Source: an uncultured Alphaproteobacteria bacterium (lineage in GTDB: Bacteria > Pseudomonadota > Alphaproteobacteria > SP197). Taken from it: a DNA stretch of 64,000 nt. A program made the translations under genes and the position numbers. Numbering within the stretch: the stretch's first letter is position 1; each line of letters starts with the position of its first letter. Below are positions 19,095 through 29,800 of this stretch, one piece after another. The notes below the pieces were generated by a model. That model was not told the origin of the DNA. It searched no databases and saw only the letters and a list, made by a program, of their open reading frames with translations. The DNA lies in NCBI GenBank assembly GCA_958295695.1, contig OY282363.1:1367403-1431402 (forward strand), in the 5' to 3' direction.

Positions 19095-21566
19095 TTGTCC
19101 GAGACACCGCGAGGCAAGCCCGGGAGAAAGCGGCGCCGGATCCTGCGCATCCTTCTCGCGCTGGTCGCGCTGGGGGTCCTCGGCGCGGTCGCGGCCGGCG
19201 GCGCGACGGTCTACGCCTTCTACCACTACGGCAAGGACCTGCCCGACCACCGCAGCCTCGTCGACTACGAACCGGCGGTGGCGACGCGAGTCTACGCCGG
19301 CGACGGCAGCCCGATGGCCGAGTTCGCCGTCGAGAATCGCGTGTTCGTGCCGATCGAGGCGATCCCGGACATCGTCAAGCAGGCGTTCATCGCGGTCGAG
19401 GACCAGAACTTCCACGAACACTGGGGGATCGACCCGATCGGCGTCGTCCGCGCGGCCATCGCCAACTTGGGCGGCGTGGGCGAGGGCAGGCGGCTGCAGG
19501 GCGCCTCGACCGTCACGCAACAGGTCGCCAAGAACTTCTTCCTGACCAACGAGGTCTCTTACGCCCGCAAGATCAAGGAAGCGATCCTGGCGCTCCGCAT
19601 CGAGCATGCGCTCTCCAAGGACCGCATTCTCGAACTCTATCTCAACGAGATCTATCTGGGGTTCGGGTCCTACGGCGTGGCCGCCGCGGCGCTCAACTAC
19701 TTCAACAAGCCGCTCGACGAGCTGACCCTGGAGGAGGTCGCGTATCTCGCGGCGCTGCCGAAGGCGCCCAACAACTATCATCCGATCAGGCGCGCCCGGG
19801 ACGCCATCGAGCGGCGCAACTGGGTGATCGGCCGCATGGTCGAGGAGGGCTATGCCGGGGCGGCCGAGGCGCGCGCGGCCCGGTCGACGCCGCTGGGCGT
19901 CGATCTCTCGGGATCGCGGGAGCCGGTGGCCGCGGCCTACGCGACCGAGGAGATCCGCAGGGAGGTCGCCGACCGCTACGGCGGCGACGCGCTCTACGAG
20001 GGCGGGCTCTATATCCGTTCGACGATCGCCCCGGCGTTGCAGGACGCCGCCCGCCGCGCCCTGCGCGCCGGTCTGAGCGCCTACGACATGCGCCACGGCT
20101 GGCGCGGTCCGCTCGCCGCCATGACGCTCGATTCCGAATGGGCGGCCAGACTGGGCCGGATCCGCGTGGCGGCCGGTCTCGATCCCTGGCGCGCCGCGGT
20201 CGTGCGCGGCATGAACGACGATGCGGCCGTGATCGGCCTCGACGACGGCGGCGCCGGGATCGTCCTGGTCGAGGACATGGCCTGGGCGCGCGCCCGGCTC
20301 GAGAACGGCGGCCTCGGGCCTTCGGTCGCGCGGCCTTCGCAGGTGCTCTCGGTCGGCGATGTCGTCCTCGTCGAGCCGGTCGACCGGGACGGAGAACGGA
20401 ACATCCCCGAAGGCCTGCCCGTCTATGCGCTGCGCCAGTTTCCCGAAGCCTCGGGCGGCATCGTCGCGATGGATCCCCACACCGGCCGCGTGCTCGCCAT
20501 GGAGGGCGGGTTCAGCTTCGACGACAGCGAGTTCAACCGCGCGACCCAGGCGATGCGCCAGCCCGGCTCGGCGTTCAAGCCGTTCGTCTACATGGCCGCG
20601 CTCGATCACGGCTTCACGCCGGCCTCGCTCGTCGAGGACGCGCCGTTCGCGTTCAATCCCGGCGAGGGGCAGGACATCTGGAAACCGTCGAACTATACCG
20701 AGGAGTTCCACGGTCCGACGCCGTTGCGTGTCGGGATCGAGAGGTCCCGCAACCTCATGACGGTCAGGCTGGCCAACATCGTCGGACCCGACATCGTGGC
20801 CGGCTACGCCTCGGACTTCGGCGTGATCGACAAGGGGCTGCCGTTCTATCTGCCCATGGCGCTCGGCGCGGCGGAGACGACGCTGCTCGAGCTCACGGCG
20901 GCCTACGCCATGATCGTCAATGGCGGCAAGCGAATCGAACCGGCCCTGATCGAGCGGATCCAGGACCGCAACGGCTACACCATCTGGCGCCGCGACGAAC
21001 GGGTTTGCGACGCCTGTTCCGCGGAGACCTGGAGCGAGGACCTCGGCGTGCCGCGGCTCCCCGATCCGCGCGAGCGGGTCGTCGACCCGCGGACAGCCTA
21101 CCAGATGGTCCATATCCTGGAGGGTGTGGTGCGGCGCGGCACCGGCGCGCGCCTGCGCGAACTGGGCCGTCCGCTCGCGGGCAAGACGGGCACCACCAAC
21201 GAGAATCGCGAAGCCTGGTTCGTGGGTTTCTCGCCCGACCTCGCCGTGGGCGTCTACGTCGGGTTCGACCGGCCCGAGAGCCTGGGCGAACGGGAGACCG
21301 GCGCATCGGTGGCGGTCCCGATCTGGAAGGCTTTCGTCGCCGAGGCCCTGGAGAACGAACCCGTCGTTCCGTTCCGCATCCCCCCCGGCATCCGCCTCGT
21401 CCGGATCGACGGCGACCGCGGGTTGCTGCCGGGGTCCGCGACAGGGCGCGTCATCGTCGAGGCGTTCCGCCCCGGCACGGAGCCGACCGAGACCGCCGAC
21501 GGCGCCGCCGTCGCGTCCGACGACGCGATCGACGGCCTGGACGCGCCGATGTCCGGCATATACTGA
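19095..21566 (+). CDS. mrcA: penicillin-binding protein 1A (bifunctional transglycosylase/transpeptidase)
   Basis: 823 aa with a TTG start. The glycosyltransferase motif is [15 protein letters not shown]. The transpeptidase motifs are GSAFKP and GKTGTTN. Confidence 0.9.
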   Translation: MSETPRGKPGRKRRRILRILLALVALGVLGAVAAGGATVYAFYHYGKDLPDHRSLVDYEPAVATRVYAGDGSPMAEFAVENRVFVPIEAIPDIVKQAFIAVEDQNFHEHWGIDPIGVVRAAIANLGGVGEGRRLQGASTVTQQVAKNFFLTNEVSYARKIKEAILALRIEHALSKDRILELYLNEIYLGFGSYGVAAAALNYFNKPLDELTLEEVAYLAALPKAPNNYHPIRRARDAIERRNWVIGRMVEEGYAGAAEARAARSTPLGVDLSGSREPVAAAYATEEIRREVADRYGGDALYEGGLYIRSTIAPALQDAARRALRAGLSAYDMRHGWRGPLAAMTLDSEWAARLGRIRVAAGLDPWRAAVVRGMNDDAAVIGLDDGGAGIVLVEDMAWARARLENGGLGPSVARPSQVLSVGDVVLVEPVDRDGERNIPEGLPVYALRQFPEASGGIVAMDPHTGRVLAMEGGFSFDDSEFNRATQAMRQPGSAFKPFVYMAALDHGFTPASLVEDAPFAFNPGEGQDIWKPSNYTEEFHGPTPLRVGIERSRNLMTVRLANIVGPDIVAGYASDFGVIDKGLPFYLPMALGAAETTLLELTAAYAMIVNGGKRIEPALIERIQDRNGYTIWRRDERVCDACSAETWSEDLGVPRLPDPRERVVDPRTAYQMVHILEGVVRRGTGARLRELGRPLAGKTGTTNENREAWFVGFSPDLAVGVYVGFDRPESLGERETGASVAVPIWKAFVAEALENEPVVPFRIPPGIRLVRIDGDRGLLPGSATGRVIVEAFRPGTEPTETADGAAVASDDAIDGLDAPMSGIY

Positions 21567-21611
21567 AACGGCATCCGGCGCGGGCCGCGGGCCGTTTCAG
21601 TATATGCCGGA
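21552..21611 (+). other. perfect 21-bp inverted repeat (long hairpin) spanning the mrcA stop codon and ending 13 nt before the prfB ATG
   Basis: The left arm is tccggcatatactgaaacggc at 21552..21572. Its exact reverse complement lies at 21591..21611. The loop is 18 nt and GC-rich. Confidence 0.8.
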
Positions 21612-21623
21612 CCGGAGGGACTC

Positions 21624-22734
21624 ATGCGTTCCGACATCGCCGATCTCAAGAGCGCGATCGAAGCGGGCCTTCTCCTCATCCGGAGGCATCTTTGACTGGG
21701 ACAACGCCGTCGCGCGGCTCGATGAGGTCGAGCGCCTCGCGCGGGGCCCCGATCTCTGGAACGACCCGGAGAAGGCCCAGGCCCTGATGCGCGAGCGCAC
21801 GCGCCTTTCGGGCGCGGTCGACGGCGTGCGCGGTCTGGAGAGCCGGCTGTCCGACGGCGTCGGGATGGCCGAGCTGGCCGAGGCCGAAGGCGAGGAGGAA
21901 CTCGTCGACGAGACCGTCGTCGCGTTGCGGGGGCTGGCGGCCGAGGTCGAGACGCGGCGGATCGAGAGCCTGCTTTCGGGAGAGGCCGACGGCAACGACT
22001 GCTATCTCGAAGTCCACGCCGGCGCCGGCGGCACCGAGAGCCAGGATTGGGCCCGGATGCTGCTGCGGATGTACACGCGCTGGGCCGAGCGCCGGGGCTT
22101 CGGGGTCGAGGCGCTCGACGAAAGCCCCGGCGAGGAAGCCGGGATCAAGTCGGCCGCGGTCAGGATTGGCGGGGCGGGCGCCTATGGCTGGGCCAAGACC
22201 GAGAGCGGCGTGCACCGTCTGGTGCGCATCTCGCCTTTCGACTCGCAGGCCCGGCGGCACACGAGCTTCGCGAGCGTCGGCGTCTCGCCCGTCGTCGACG
22301 ACTCGATCGAGGTCGAGATCGAGGACAAGGATATCCGCGTCGACACCTACAGGGCCTCGGGCGCGGGCGGCCAGCACGTCAACAAGACCGACAGCGCGGT
22401 CCGCATGACCCACGTTCCCACGGGCATCGTCGTGCAGTGCCAGAACAACCGGTCCCAGCACCGCAACCGCGCCGAGGCCATGGCCATGCTGAGGTCGCGC
22501 CTCTACGAGCGGGAGCTCCGCATGCGCGAGGAACAGGCCGCCGCCGAGAACGCGGCCAAGGGCGAGATCGGCTGGGGCCGCCAGATCCGTTCCTACGTGT
22601 TGCAGCCCTATCGCATGGTGAAGGATTTGCGCACCGGCATGGAGACCAGCGACACCGAGACCGTGCTCGACGGCGATATCGACGATTTCATCGGCGCCGC
22701 CCTGGCCCACCGTATCGGCGGCGACGCGCCATAG
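21624..22734 (+). CDS. prfB: peptide chain release factor 2, requires programmed +1 frameshift at 21690..21696
   Basis: ATG 21624 encodes [23 protein letters not shown] and ends at the in-frame TGA 21693. The site CTT TGA C is preceded by GGAGG. The +1 frame (from 21694) continues [13 protein letters not shown]... with the SPF (RISPFD) and GGQ ([11 protein letters not shown]) motifs. Confidence 0.92.
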
Positions 22735-22857
22735 CGCGTCCGTCCCCAACGGGCCGCTCGGAGTGAGGGAGGGGTTGGCCTCGGCCGAATGCAATCGCCC
22801 CGGGGGACGGCGAAGCGTCCGCTTGATCGCGGGCGGCGCGGGGGCCAGAGTGCGGGC

Positions 22858-23529
22858 ATGGCGACGGAGCGCCGCGACTCGCAGGAGCACATCCTGCACC
22901 TGCTGAAGACCCGGGGTCCACTGACCGCGCAGGCCTTGGCCGATCGTCTCGACATCACGGCGATGGGCGTGCGCCAGCATCTGAAGCGTCTGGCCGCGGA
23001 CGGCCTCGTGGACCATCGCGACGAGCGTTCGGGCGTCGGGCGGCCGGCGCGCCACTGGTCGCTCACCGCGCGCGGCGACGGCCGCTTTCCGGACAGCCAC
23101 GCCGACCTCACCGTGTCGCTCCTGGAGAGCGTCAGGACGGTGTTCGGGGCGAAGGGCATGGACAAGCTGGTCGCCGCCCGCACGCGCGAGCAGACGGGGA
23201 TCTACCGCGAGCGGCTCGACGGCCGGAAACCGATCGCGAAACGGCTCGCGGCGCTGGCCGAGCAGCGTACCGCCGAGGGCTATATGGCCGAGTGGCGCGA
23301 GGACGGCGACGGAACCTACCTGCTGATCGAGAACCACTGCCCGATCCACGCCGCGGCGCAGGTCTGCCGGGGCCTGTGCCGCTCGGAACTGGACGTGTTC
23401 CGCGACGTCCTCGGCGGGGACGTGACGGTCGAGAGGACCGACCACCGGCTCGCCGGCGCCCGCCGATGCGCCTACCGCGTCGCGCCGGCGCCCGACGCGT
23501 CGCGGGAGCGCCGGGGCCGTCCGGTGTGA
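22858..23529 (+). CDS. winged-helix transcriptional regulator (COG2345/SufR-like) with C-terminal Cys cluster
   Basis: ATG 22858 gives MATERRDSQEHILHLLKTRGPLTAQALADRLDITAMGVRQHLKRLAADGLV. The C-terminal part reads ENHCPIHAAAQVCRGLCRSELDVF...ARRCAY. Confidence 0.7.
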   Translation: MATERRDSQEHILHLLKTRGPLTAQALADRLDITAMGVRQHLKRLAADGLVDHRDERSGVGRPARHWSLTARGDGRFPDSHADLTVSLLESVRTVFGAKGMDKLVAARTREQTGIYRERLDGRKPIAKRLAALAEQRTAEGYMAEWREDGDGTYLLIENHCPIHAAAQVCRGLCRSELDVFRDVLGGDVTVERTDHRLAGARRCAYRVAPAPDASRERRGRPV

Positions 23530-23560
23530 CGCGGGTCCGGCGCCGGTCGACGGACGGGCG

Positions 23561-23836
23561 TCAGGCCAGCGCCCGCGCCGCTTCGGTCACGGCCTCGGCA
23601 TGGCCGGCGACCTTCACCTTGCGCCAGACCCGGACGACCTTGCCGCCGGCGGCCGACAGCGCGACCATGTTGTCGCGAAAGCCGCGGGCCTCCCTGGCGC
23701 AGCCGGGCGTGTCGTCCTTCGGATAGAAGCAGGGCACGACCGTCTTGCCCCCGAGCGAGGGCAGTCTCGGCGAGCCGCCGCCGCCGGCCGGAGCCTCGAA
23801 GTCGGGGGCCGCGTCGCCGGCCTGGGGTCCGTTCAT
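23561..23836 (-). pseudogene. Bcp-type peroxiredoxin remnant (in-frame internal deletion, 91 aa)
   Basis: MNGPQAGDAAPDFEAPAGG...GKTVVPCFYPKDDTPGCAREARGFRDNMVALSAAG is the Bcp N-terminus with its peroxidatic Cys. It is joined directly to GKVVRVWRKVKVAGHAEAVTEAARALA, the Bcp C-terminus. The central ~60-70 residues of the thioredoxin fold are missing. The ATG overlaps the glnE stop (ATGA). Confidence 0.55.
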
Positions 23837-26787
23837 CGCCGTTCTCCGTCTTCCCGGCCGGTCGCGCGGGCCGCGACCGTGCGTTCGAAAGCGGATTTTA
23901 CCAGGGCCCGCGCCGCGTCCAAGCGAACGCACAGGGCCTCGAAGCCGTCGGCGCCCGACACGCGGACCATGAGATCGCGCAGCGGCCGCGCGAGATCGCC
24001 CTCCGCGGTCGGCCGGGCCATGGCGAGCCGGACCGCGGTCTGCACGTCGCGCATGAGCCGACCGGCCTCCGCCAGCGCCGCGGCTTCGCCGGCGTCCAGG
24101 AGCCGCGCCTCGGCAAGCGCCTCGAGCGCCGGTTCGGCGCGGCGCGACAGGAGCCCGGGGCGGTTCCGGGCGTGCGCGAGCTGGAGGTACTGGACGACGA
24201 AATCCAGATCGATCAGGCCGCCATCGGCGTACTTGACGTCGAACCGGTCGGACGCCGGATGCTCCCGGGCGATGCGCCGGCGCATGTCGACGACCGCGCC
24301 GGCCAGGCGGACGGGGTCCCGCGGCCGCGTCAGAACCTCCCCGATCGCGTGGCCGAGGCCCGCCGCCAGCGCCGGACCGCCGACCGCGACGCGCGCCTTG
24401 GTCAGCGCGAGGTGCTCCCATTGCCAGGCGTCGCTGCGCTGGTAGCGGACGAACCCCTCGACGTCGCAGGCCAGCGGACCGGCGTTGCCGGACGGGCGCA
24501 GACGCATGTCGATGTCGAACAGGCGGCCCGCGTTGGTGAGCGACGTCAGCGCCGTGACGATGCGCTGGCTCAGGCGGATGAAGTACTGGCTCGCGGCGAG
24601 CGGGCGCTCGCCGTCCGAGACCTCGGCTCCCCGGTCATGGCCATAGACGAAGACGACGTCGAGGTCCGATCCGAAGTTGAGCTCCCGCGCGCCGAACTTG
24701 CCGAGAGCCACGACGGCGATGTCGCCGCCCGCGACCCTCCCATGCCGTCGGGCGAACGCGCGGGCGACGCGGGGGATCGTCTGGCGCAGGACGGCGTCGG
24801 CCAGGTCGGTCAGGCCGCGGCTCGCCCGGCCGGCGCCGATGAGGCCCCTCAGAAGCTGCACGCCGAGCTGGAACTCCCGGTCGTGGAGCCAGCGCCGGAG
24901 CTCGTCGAGCACGGCTTCCTCGTGTCCCGCGCGGTCGAGCGACGCCGCGAGGTCGGCTTCGAGCGCGCTCACGGGCGGCAGCACGTCGAGGAAGTCGCGG
25001 CTGAGCACGTGGTCGAGCAGGATGGGCGCATGCGCCAGGCGTTCCGCGAGGCGCGGCGCCGTCCCCATGATCTCGGCGACGAGATCGAGCAGGTCGTGCT
25101 CGCCGTGGAAGAGGGAAAAGAGCTGAACGCCGGCCGGCAGGCGGTCGAGGAACTCGTGGAACCGCATCAGGGCCACGCCGGGATCGGTCGTCGCCGCGAA
25201 GGCGGCCAGGAGGCGCGGCATGAGCTCCGTCAGGAGCTCGCGCGCCCGCGCGCCGCGCATCGCGCGCACCCGCCCGTGGTGCCAGCCGCGGATCAATCCG
25301 GCGACCGAGACGGCGTCGGAGAATCCCATGCGCGTCAGCGTGTCCAGCGTGTCGGGGTCGTCCTCGTTGCCGGTGAAGACGAGATTGCCGGCGGCGCCTT
25401 CGCCCGCGCCGGATAGCGGGGGCGCATCCTCGAAGAGATCGGCGTAGCGGGCCTCGACGCGGCGGAACAGCGCGAGCATCGCGGCGGTCATCCGCTCCCG
25501 GTCCCGGTAGCCGAGAAAGGCGGCGATGCGGTCGAGCCCGTCCGTCGAGGGGGGCAGGGTGTGCGTCTGCGCGTCGTCGACCATCTGGAGCCGGTGTTCG
25601 ATCCGCCGCAGTTCGCCATAGGCGTCCTCGAGTTCCGAAGCCGTCGCGGCGTCGATGCGTCCGGCCCGGGCCAGTGCTCTCAGGGCGTCGCACGTGGCGC
25701 GGCGGCGAAGGTCCGGCTCGCGGCCTCCGAAGATGAGCTGTTGGGTCTGGGCGAAGAACTCGATCTCCCGGATGCCGCCGCGGCCCAGCTTGACGTTGTG
25801 GCCGGGCACCGCGACTTCGCCGCCGCCCTTGTGGGCGTGGATCTGGCGTTTGATCGAATGGATGTCCTGGATGGCCGCGAAATCGAGATGGCGCCGCCAG
25901 ACGAAGGGGCGCAGGCGCTCGAGAAAGGCCTCGCCGGCGGCGATGTCGCCGGCGACGGGCCGCGCCTTGATCAGCGCCGCGCGTTCCCAGTTCTGGCCCA
26001 GGCTCTCGTAGTACAGTTCGGCCGCGTCGACGGAGATGGCGAGCGGCGTCGCCGAAGGATCGGGACGGAGTCTCAGGTCGGTGCGCAGCACGTGGCCGTC
26101 CGCCGTCCGTTCCTCGAGCAGTTTGACGAACCTGCGCGTCAGCCTGACGCAGAGCGATTGCGCCCCGTCGCCGCCCACGCTCGGGAACCTCTCGCCGTCC
26201 CACAGGACGATCAGGTCGATATCGCTGGAATAGTTGAGCTCCCCGCCGCCGATCTTGCCGAGCCCCAGCACGATCACGCCCGACGCGGCCTGCGGGTCGT
26301 CCGGGTCGAGGCCGCCGAGCCGTCCGTCCGCCGCGGCCTGGCGCAGAACGTGGTCGAGGACGGCCCGGCAGGCGGCTTCGGCGAAGCGCGAGAGGGCCGT
26401 CGTCACCTCGCGCCACGTCCACAGGCCCGCGATATCGCTCAGCGCGACCGCGATGGCCGTTTCGGCCCTGGAGTTCCGGAGCCGGGCCATCAGGCCGCGT
26501 TCGTCCGACGGGCCGGCCAGCTTCCCGCAAGCCCCGGCCAGGCAGGCTTCCGGGCCGAGGGCCGCCCATCGGCCCACGACGCCGGGGCGCCGGGCGAGGC
26601 TCTGGGACAGGAACGGGCTGTTGCCGAAGACCGCATCGAGCAACGCGGAGCCGGTGGCGTCGGCGCTCAACTCATGCGATATCCCGTCATCGGCGGCGGC
26701 GAGCCAGCGCTCGCGCCGCACGACCGCGCGTTCGGTGTCGTAGGGCGGGGGCACAGACCGGATGGCGGCAAGCGTTGGAAAGGCCAT
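23833..26787 (-). CDS. glnE: bifunctional glutamine synthetase adenylyltransferase/adenylyl-removing enzyme
   Basis: ATG at 26787 gives MAFPTLAAIRSVPPPYD... The product is ~984 aa. It has two nucleotidyltransferase halves (...GKIGGGELNYSSDIDLIVLWD... and ...GKFGARELNFGSDLDVVFVY...). Confidence 0.9.
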   Translation of the reverse strand: MAFPTLAAIRSVPPPYDTERAVVRRERWLAAADDGISHELSADATGSALLDAVFGNSPFLSQSLARRPGVVGRWAALGPEACLAGACGKLAGPSDERGLMARLRNSRAETAIAVALSDIAGLWTWREVTTALSRFAEAACRAVLDHVLRQAAADGRLGGLDPDDPQAASGVIVLGLGKIGGGELNYSSDIDLIVLWDGERFPSVGGDGAQSLCVRLTRRFVKLLEERTADGHVLRTDLRLRPDPSATPLAISVDAAELYYESLGQNWERAALIKARPVAGDIAAGEAFLERLRPFVWRRHLDFAAIQDIHSIKRQIHAHKGGGEVAVPGHNVKLGRGGIREIEFFAQTQQLIFGGREPDLRRRATCDALRALARAGRIDAATASELEDAYGELRRIEHRLQMVDDAQTHTLPPSTDGLDRIAAFLGYRDRERMTAAMLALFRRVEARYADLFEDAPPLSGAGEGAAGNLVFTGNEDDPDTLDTLTRMGFSDAVSVAGLIRGWHHGRVRAMRGARARELLTELMPRLLAAFAATTDPGVALMRFHEFLDRLPAGVQLFSLFHGEHDLLDLVAEIMGTAPRLAERLAHAPILLDHVLSRDFLDVLPPVSALEADLAASLDRAGHEEAVLDELRRWLHDREFQLGVQLLRGLIGAGRASRGLTDLADAVLRQTIPRVARAFARRHGRVAGGDIAVVALGKFGARELNFGSDLDVVFVYGHDRGAEVSDGERPLAASQYFIRLSQRIVTALTSLTNAGRLFDIDMRLRPSGNAGPLACDVEGFVRYQRSDAWQWEHLALTKARVAVGGPALAAGLGHAIGEVLTRPRDPVRLAGAVVDMRRRIAREHPASDRFDVKYADGGLIDLDFVVQYLQLAHARNRPGLLSRRAEPALEALAEARLLDAGEAAALAEAGRLMRDVQTAVRLAMARPTAEGDLARPLRDLMVRVSGADGFEALCVRLDAARALVKSAFERTVAARATGREDGERR

Positions 26788-26868
26788 GTCGAGAGCTGAC
26801 GGTGCGGGCGGCACGGTGGTGAATCCGCCTCGCGGGGTCAAGCGGCGCCGGGCCGGCCGCCGGGTCTC

Positions 26869-29800
26869 GTGACACGCCGCGCGTCGAGGCTCCTGATCCA
26901 TGCGCTGGGCGCGTCGCTCGGCGTGGCGACCGTCCTACTGGCCGCGCTCGCGTGGCGTCTGGCCCAGGGTCCGGTCGCGCTGGACAGCGTCACGCCCTAC
27001 ATCGAGGCCGCCGTCAACGACCGGGACTTCGGCTTCCGCATCCAGATCGACGAGGCCGAGCTGATCTGGGGCGATTGGCAGGAGACCTTCGAGATCAGGA
27101 CGCTGGGCGTCCGCGTCCTCGACGACCGGGGCGTCCGGATCCTGGCCGCCCAGGAGGTCGTCCTGGAGATGGCGTTGCCGCCGCTGATCCGGGGAGAGAT
27201 CCGGCCGCGCGGCGTCATGCTCGTCCGGCCCCGCATCGCGGCGACGCGCGGCCTCGATGGCGCCGTGCGGCTCGTCCCGGCGGCGGCGTTCGAGACCGGA
27301 GCCGGCGACGCGGCGGCGTTCGGCGGCGGGAATCTGGCGGACGGTCTCCTGTCGCTCGGCGACCGGCCGCCCTTCGACCGGCTGGTCCGTGTCGAGCTTC
27401 TCGGCGCGGACCTCCTGTTCGACGACCGTGTGTCGGGCCTTGTCTGGGACGCGACGGCGGCGACGGTCTCGCTCGCCCGCGTCGGGGACGATCTGGAGCT
27501 CGACGCGCGGATGCTGCTGAGAGCCGAGCGCCAGGTCTTCGACGCCGACATCGCGGCGCGCTATACGGCCGGGAGCGGGGAGGTGTCGGTCTCGTGCGGT
27601 CTCGCGGATTTCCTTCTCGGAGGGCTTCCCCGGCTGGCGCCCCGACTTCCCGACATGGCCGGCCTCGACATCCCGGTCGACGGCCGCCTCGAGCTCGTCT
27701 TCGACGACGGCCTCGAACTCCTCCGCGGCTCGTTCCATGTCGAGACCGACGGCGGGACGGTGGCGCTCGAGGATGTCTTCGAGGCGCCCCTCGATATCGG
27801 TCCGTCGCGGGCCCAAGGCTTCATACGGCCGGGATTCTCCGGGCTGGAGCTTGCCGATCTGGACCTCGGCGTCGGCGTCGAGCGCCTGCGCGGCCGCGTC
27901 GCGATCGATGGCTTCGGCCCCGATTCGCGCATCGAGGCGCGCATCGACATCGACGGCCTTCCGGTCGACGATCTGTCGCGCTACTGGCCGGTCGGCCTCG
28001 CTCCGAACGCGCGCGCCTGGGTCGTCGGCCGTATCTCGGACGGCGCGGTCGACCGCGCGTCGATCGCCTTCGCCGCTCCGGCGGCGGATCTGGTCTCGAA
28101 CGACCCGCCGTCGGGCAGCGTCGTGATCGACCTCGACGTCTCGGACGCCTCGGTCGACTACCTGCCCGGCCTGCCGCCGGCGCGCGGCGTCGATGGCCGA
28201 GTCGCGATCGTGGACGACATGCTGCGGGTCGATACGAGCGGCGGCCGCATCGAGGCGCTGACCCTGGCGCGGGGCGTCGTCACGATGAGCCGGCTGGACG
28301 GCGCCGAAGGCATGCTGATCGGCGTCGAGCTTTCCGGTCCCATCGCGAACGCGCTCGACATCGCCGGTCGCGAGCCTCTCGCGCTTTCGGGCCGCGTGGG
28401 TCTCGATCCGGGCGCGGTCGACGGGCGGTTCGACGGCCGGCTCGATATCGTCCTGCCCCGATTGACCGGTCTGGAGGCGGACGAGGTCCTGTACCGCGTC
28501 GCCGCGGACGCGAACGGCGTCGCGCTCGCCGAAGGTCCCGGCGGATACCGGATCGACCGCGGCTCGGGGGTTCTGTCTCTCGACGCGGGCCGGGTGCTCA
28601 TGGAGGGCGATATCCGGCTCAACGGCGTGCCTTTCGCGGCCTCCTACCGCCAGGACCTCGCGCCGGGGACCGGCCGCGTGGCGAGCCTGCGGGGCGCCGT
28701 GGACGACGCGGGCCGCGCCGCGCTGGGCTTCGCCGATCCGGTCGACATGACCGGGCCGGTCGACATCGTCCTCGACATGAGCCAGGCCGCCGACGGGACG
28801 GCGACCTGGAACGTCGTGGCCGATCTGACGCGGATCGCCGCCGACCTTCCCATCGCCGGCGTCGGCAAGGCGGCCGGCGAGCCCGGTCGCGCCGCCGTCA
28901 GGCTGGTCGACGACGGCGGGGCGGAGCTGTCGGTCGAGGCCGTGGAGCTCGACGTCGGCGAGATCTCGGTTCGCGGCGTCGGCGCGGTGCGGTCCGGCGA
29001 CATGAGCCTCGCCCGCCTCGATCTCGGCCGGCTGCGTTTCGGCCGCAACGACGTCGCGGGCGTCCTGTCCGTGGGCGAGGACGGCGTCCTCGACATCGCG
29101 CTGGCGGGCGGGACCGTCGATCTGGAGCCGGTCCTGGACCGGATCGTCGGGGCCGCGGGCTCCCAACTGCCTCCGTTCCGGGTGCGGGGCCGGATCGACC
29201 GGCTCTGGATCACCGACGACGATTCGGCGCGGGACGTGCGGATCGACGGCCTCCACATCGACGGCTACTGGGAGTCGCTCGCGGTCGCCGGCGCGACCGG
29301 GAACGCCTCGCCCGTCTCGGTCGCTATCTGGCGCTCTTCCGAGGACCAGCGGCGTTTCGAATACAACGCGGATGACGCGGGCGCAGCGCTCCGGCTCTTC
29401 GGTTTGCTCGACAACGTCAGCGGCGGGACCCTGCGGATGCGGGCCCGGATCGACGACGGCGACCCCGAACGGCCGGTCGCCGGGGCGATCGGGCTGGAGG
29501 ACTTCGTCGTCAGGGACGCGCCGGTCCTCACGCGGATCCTCTCGCTCGCATCGTTCCCGGCGCTCGTCAACGCGCTGACCGGCGACGGGCTGGCGTTCAA
29601 CGGCGCGCTGATTCCGTTCCGCAAGACCGGAAACCGGGTCGCGTTCCAGGACGCCCGCCTGTACGGTCCGGGCCTCGGCGTCACGTTCCGGGGCCGCGCG
29701 GACCTCGACGCCGGCCTGCTCGACCTCGACGGCACGATCGTGCCGGCTTACCTGCTGAACACCGTCATCGGCGAGCTTCCGCTGATCGGCGACATCCTCA

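Noticed and set aside
21124-21623. N-terminal 167-aa extension of the ORF containing prfB
   Set aside because: It overlaps the 3' end of mrcA in another frame and reads as Arg/Pro/Ser-rich nonsense. The real RF2 N-terminus is the short frame-0 leader at 21624..21692, joined by the +1 frameshift.
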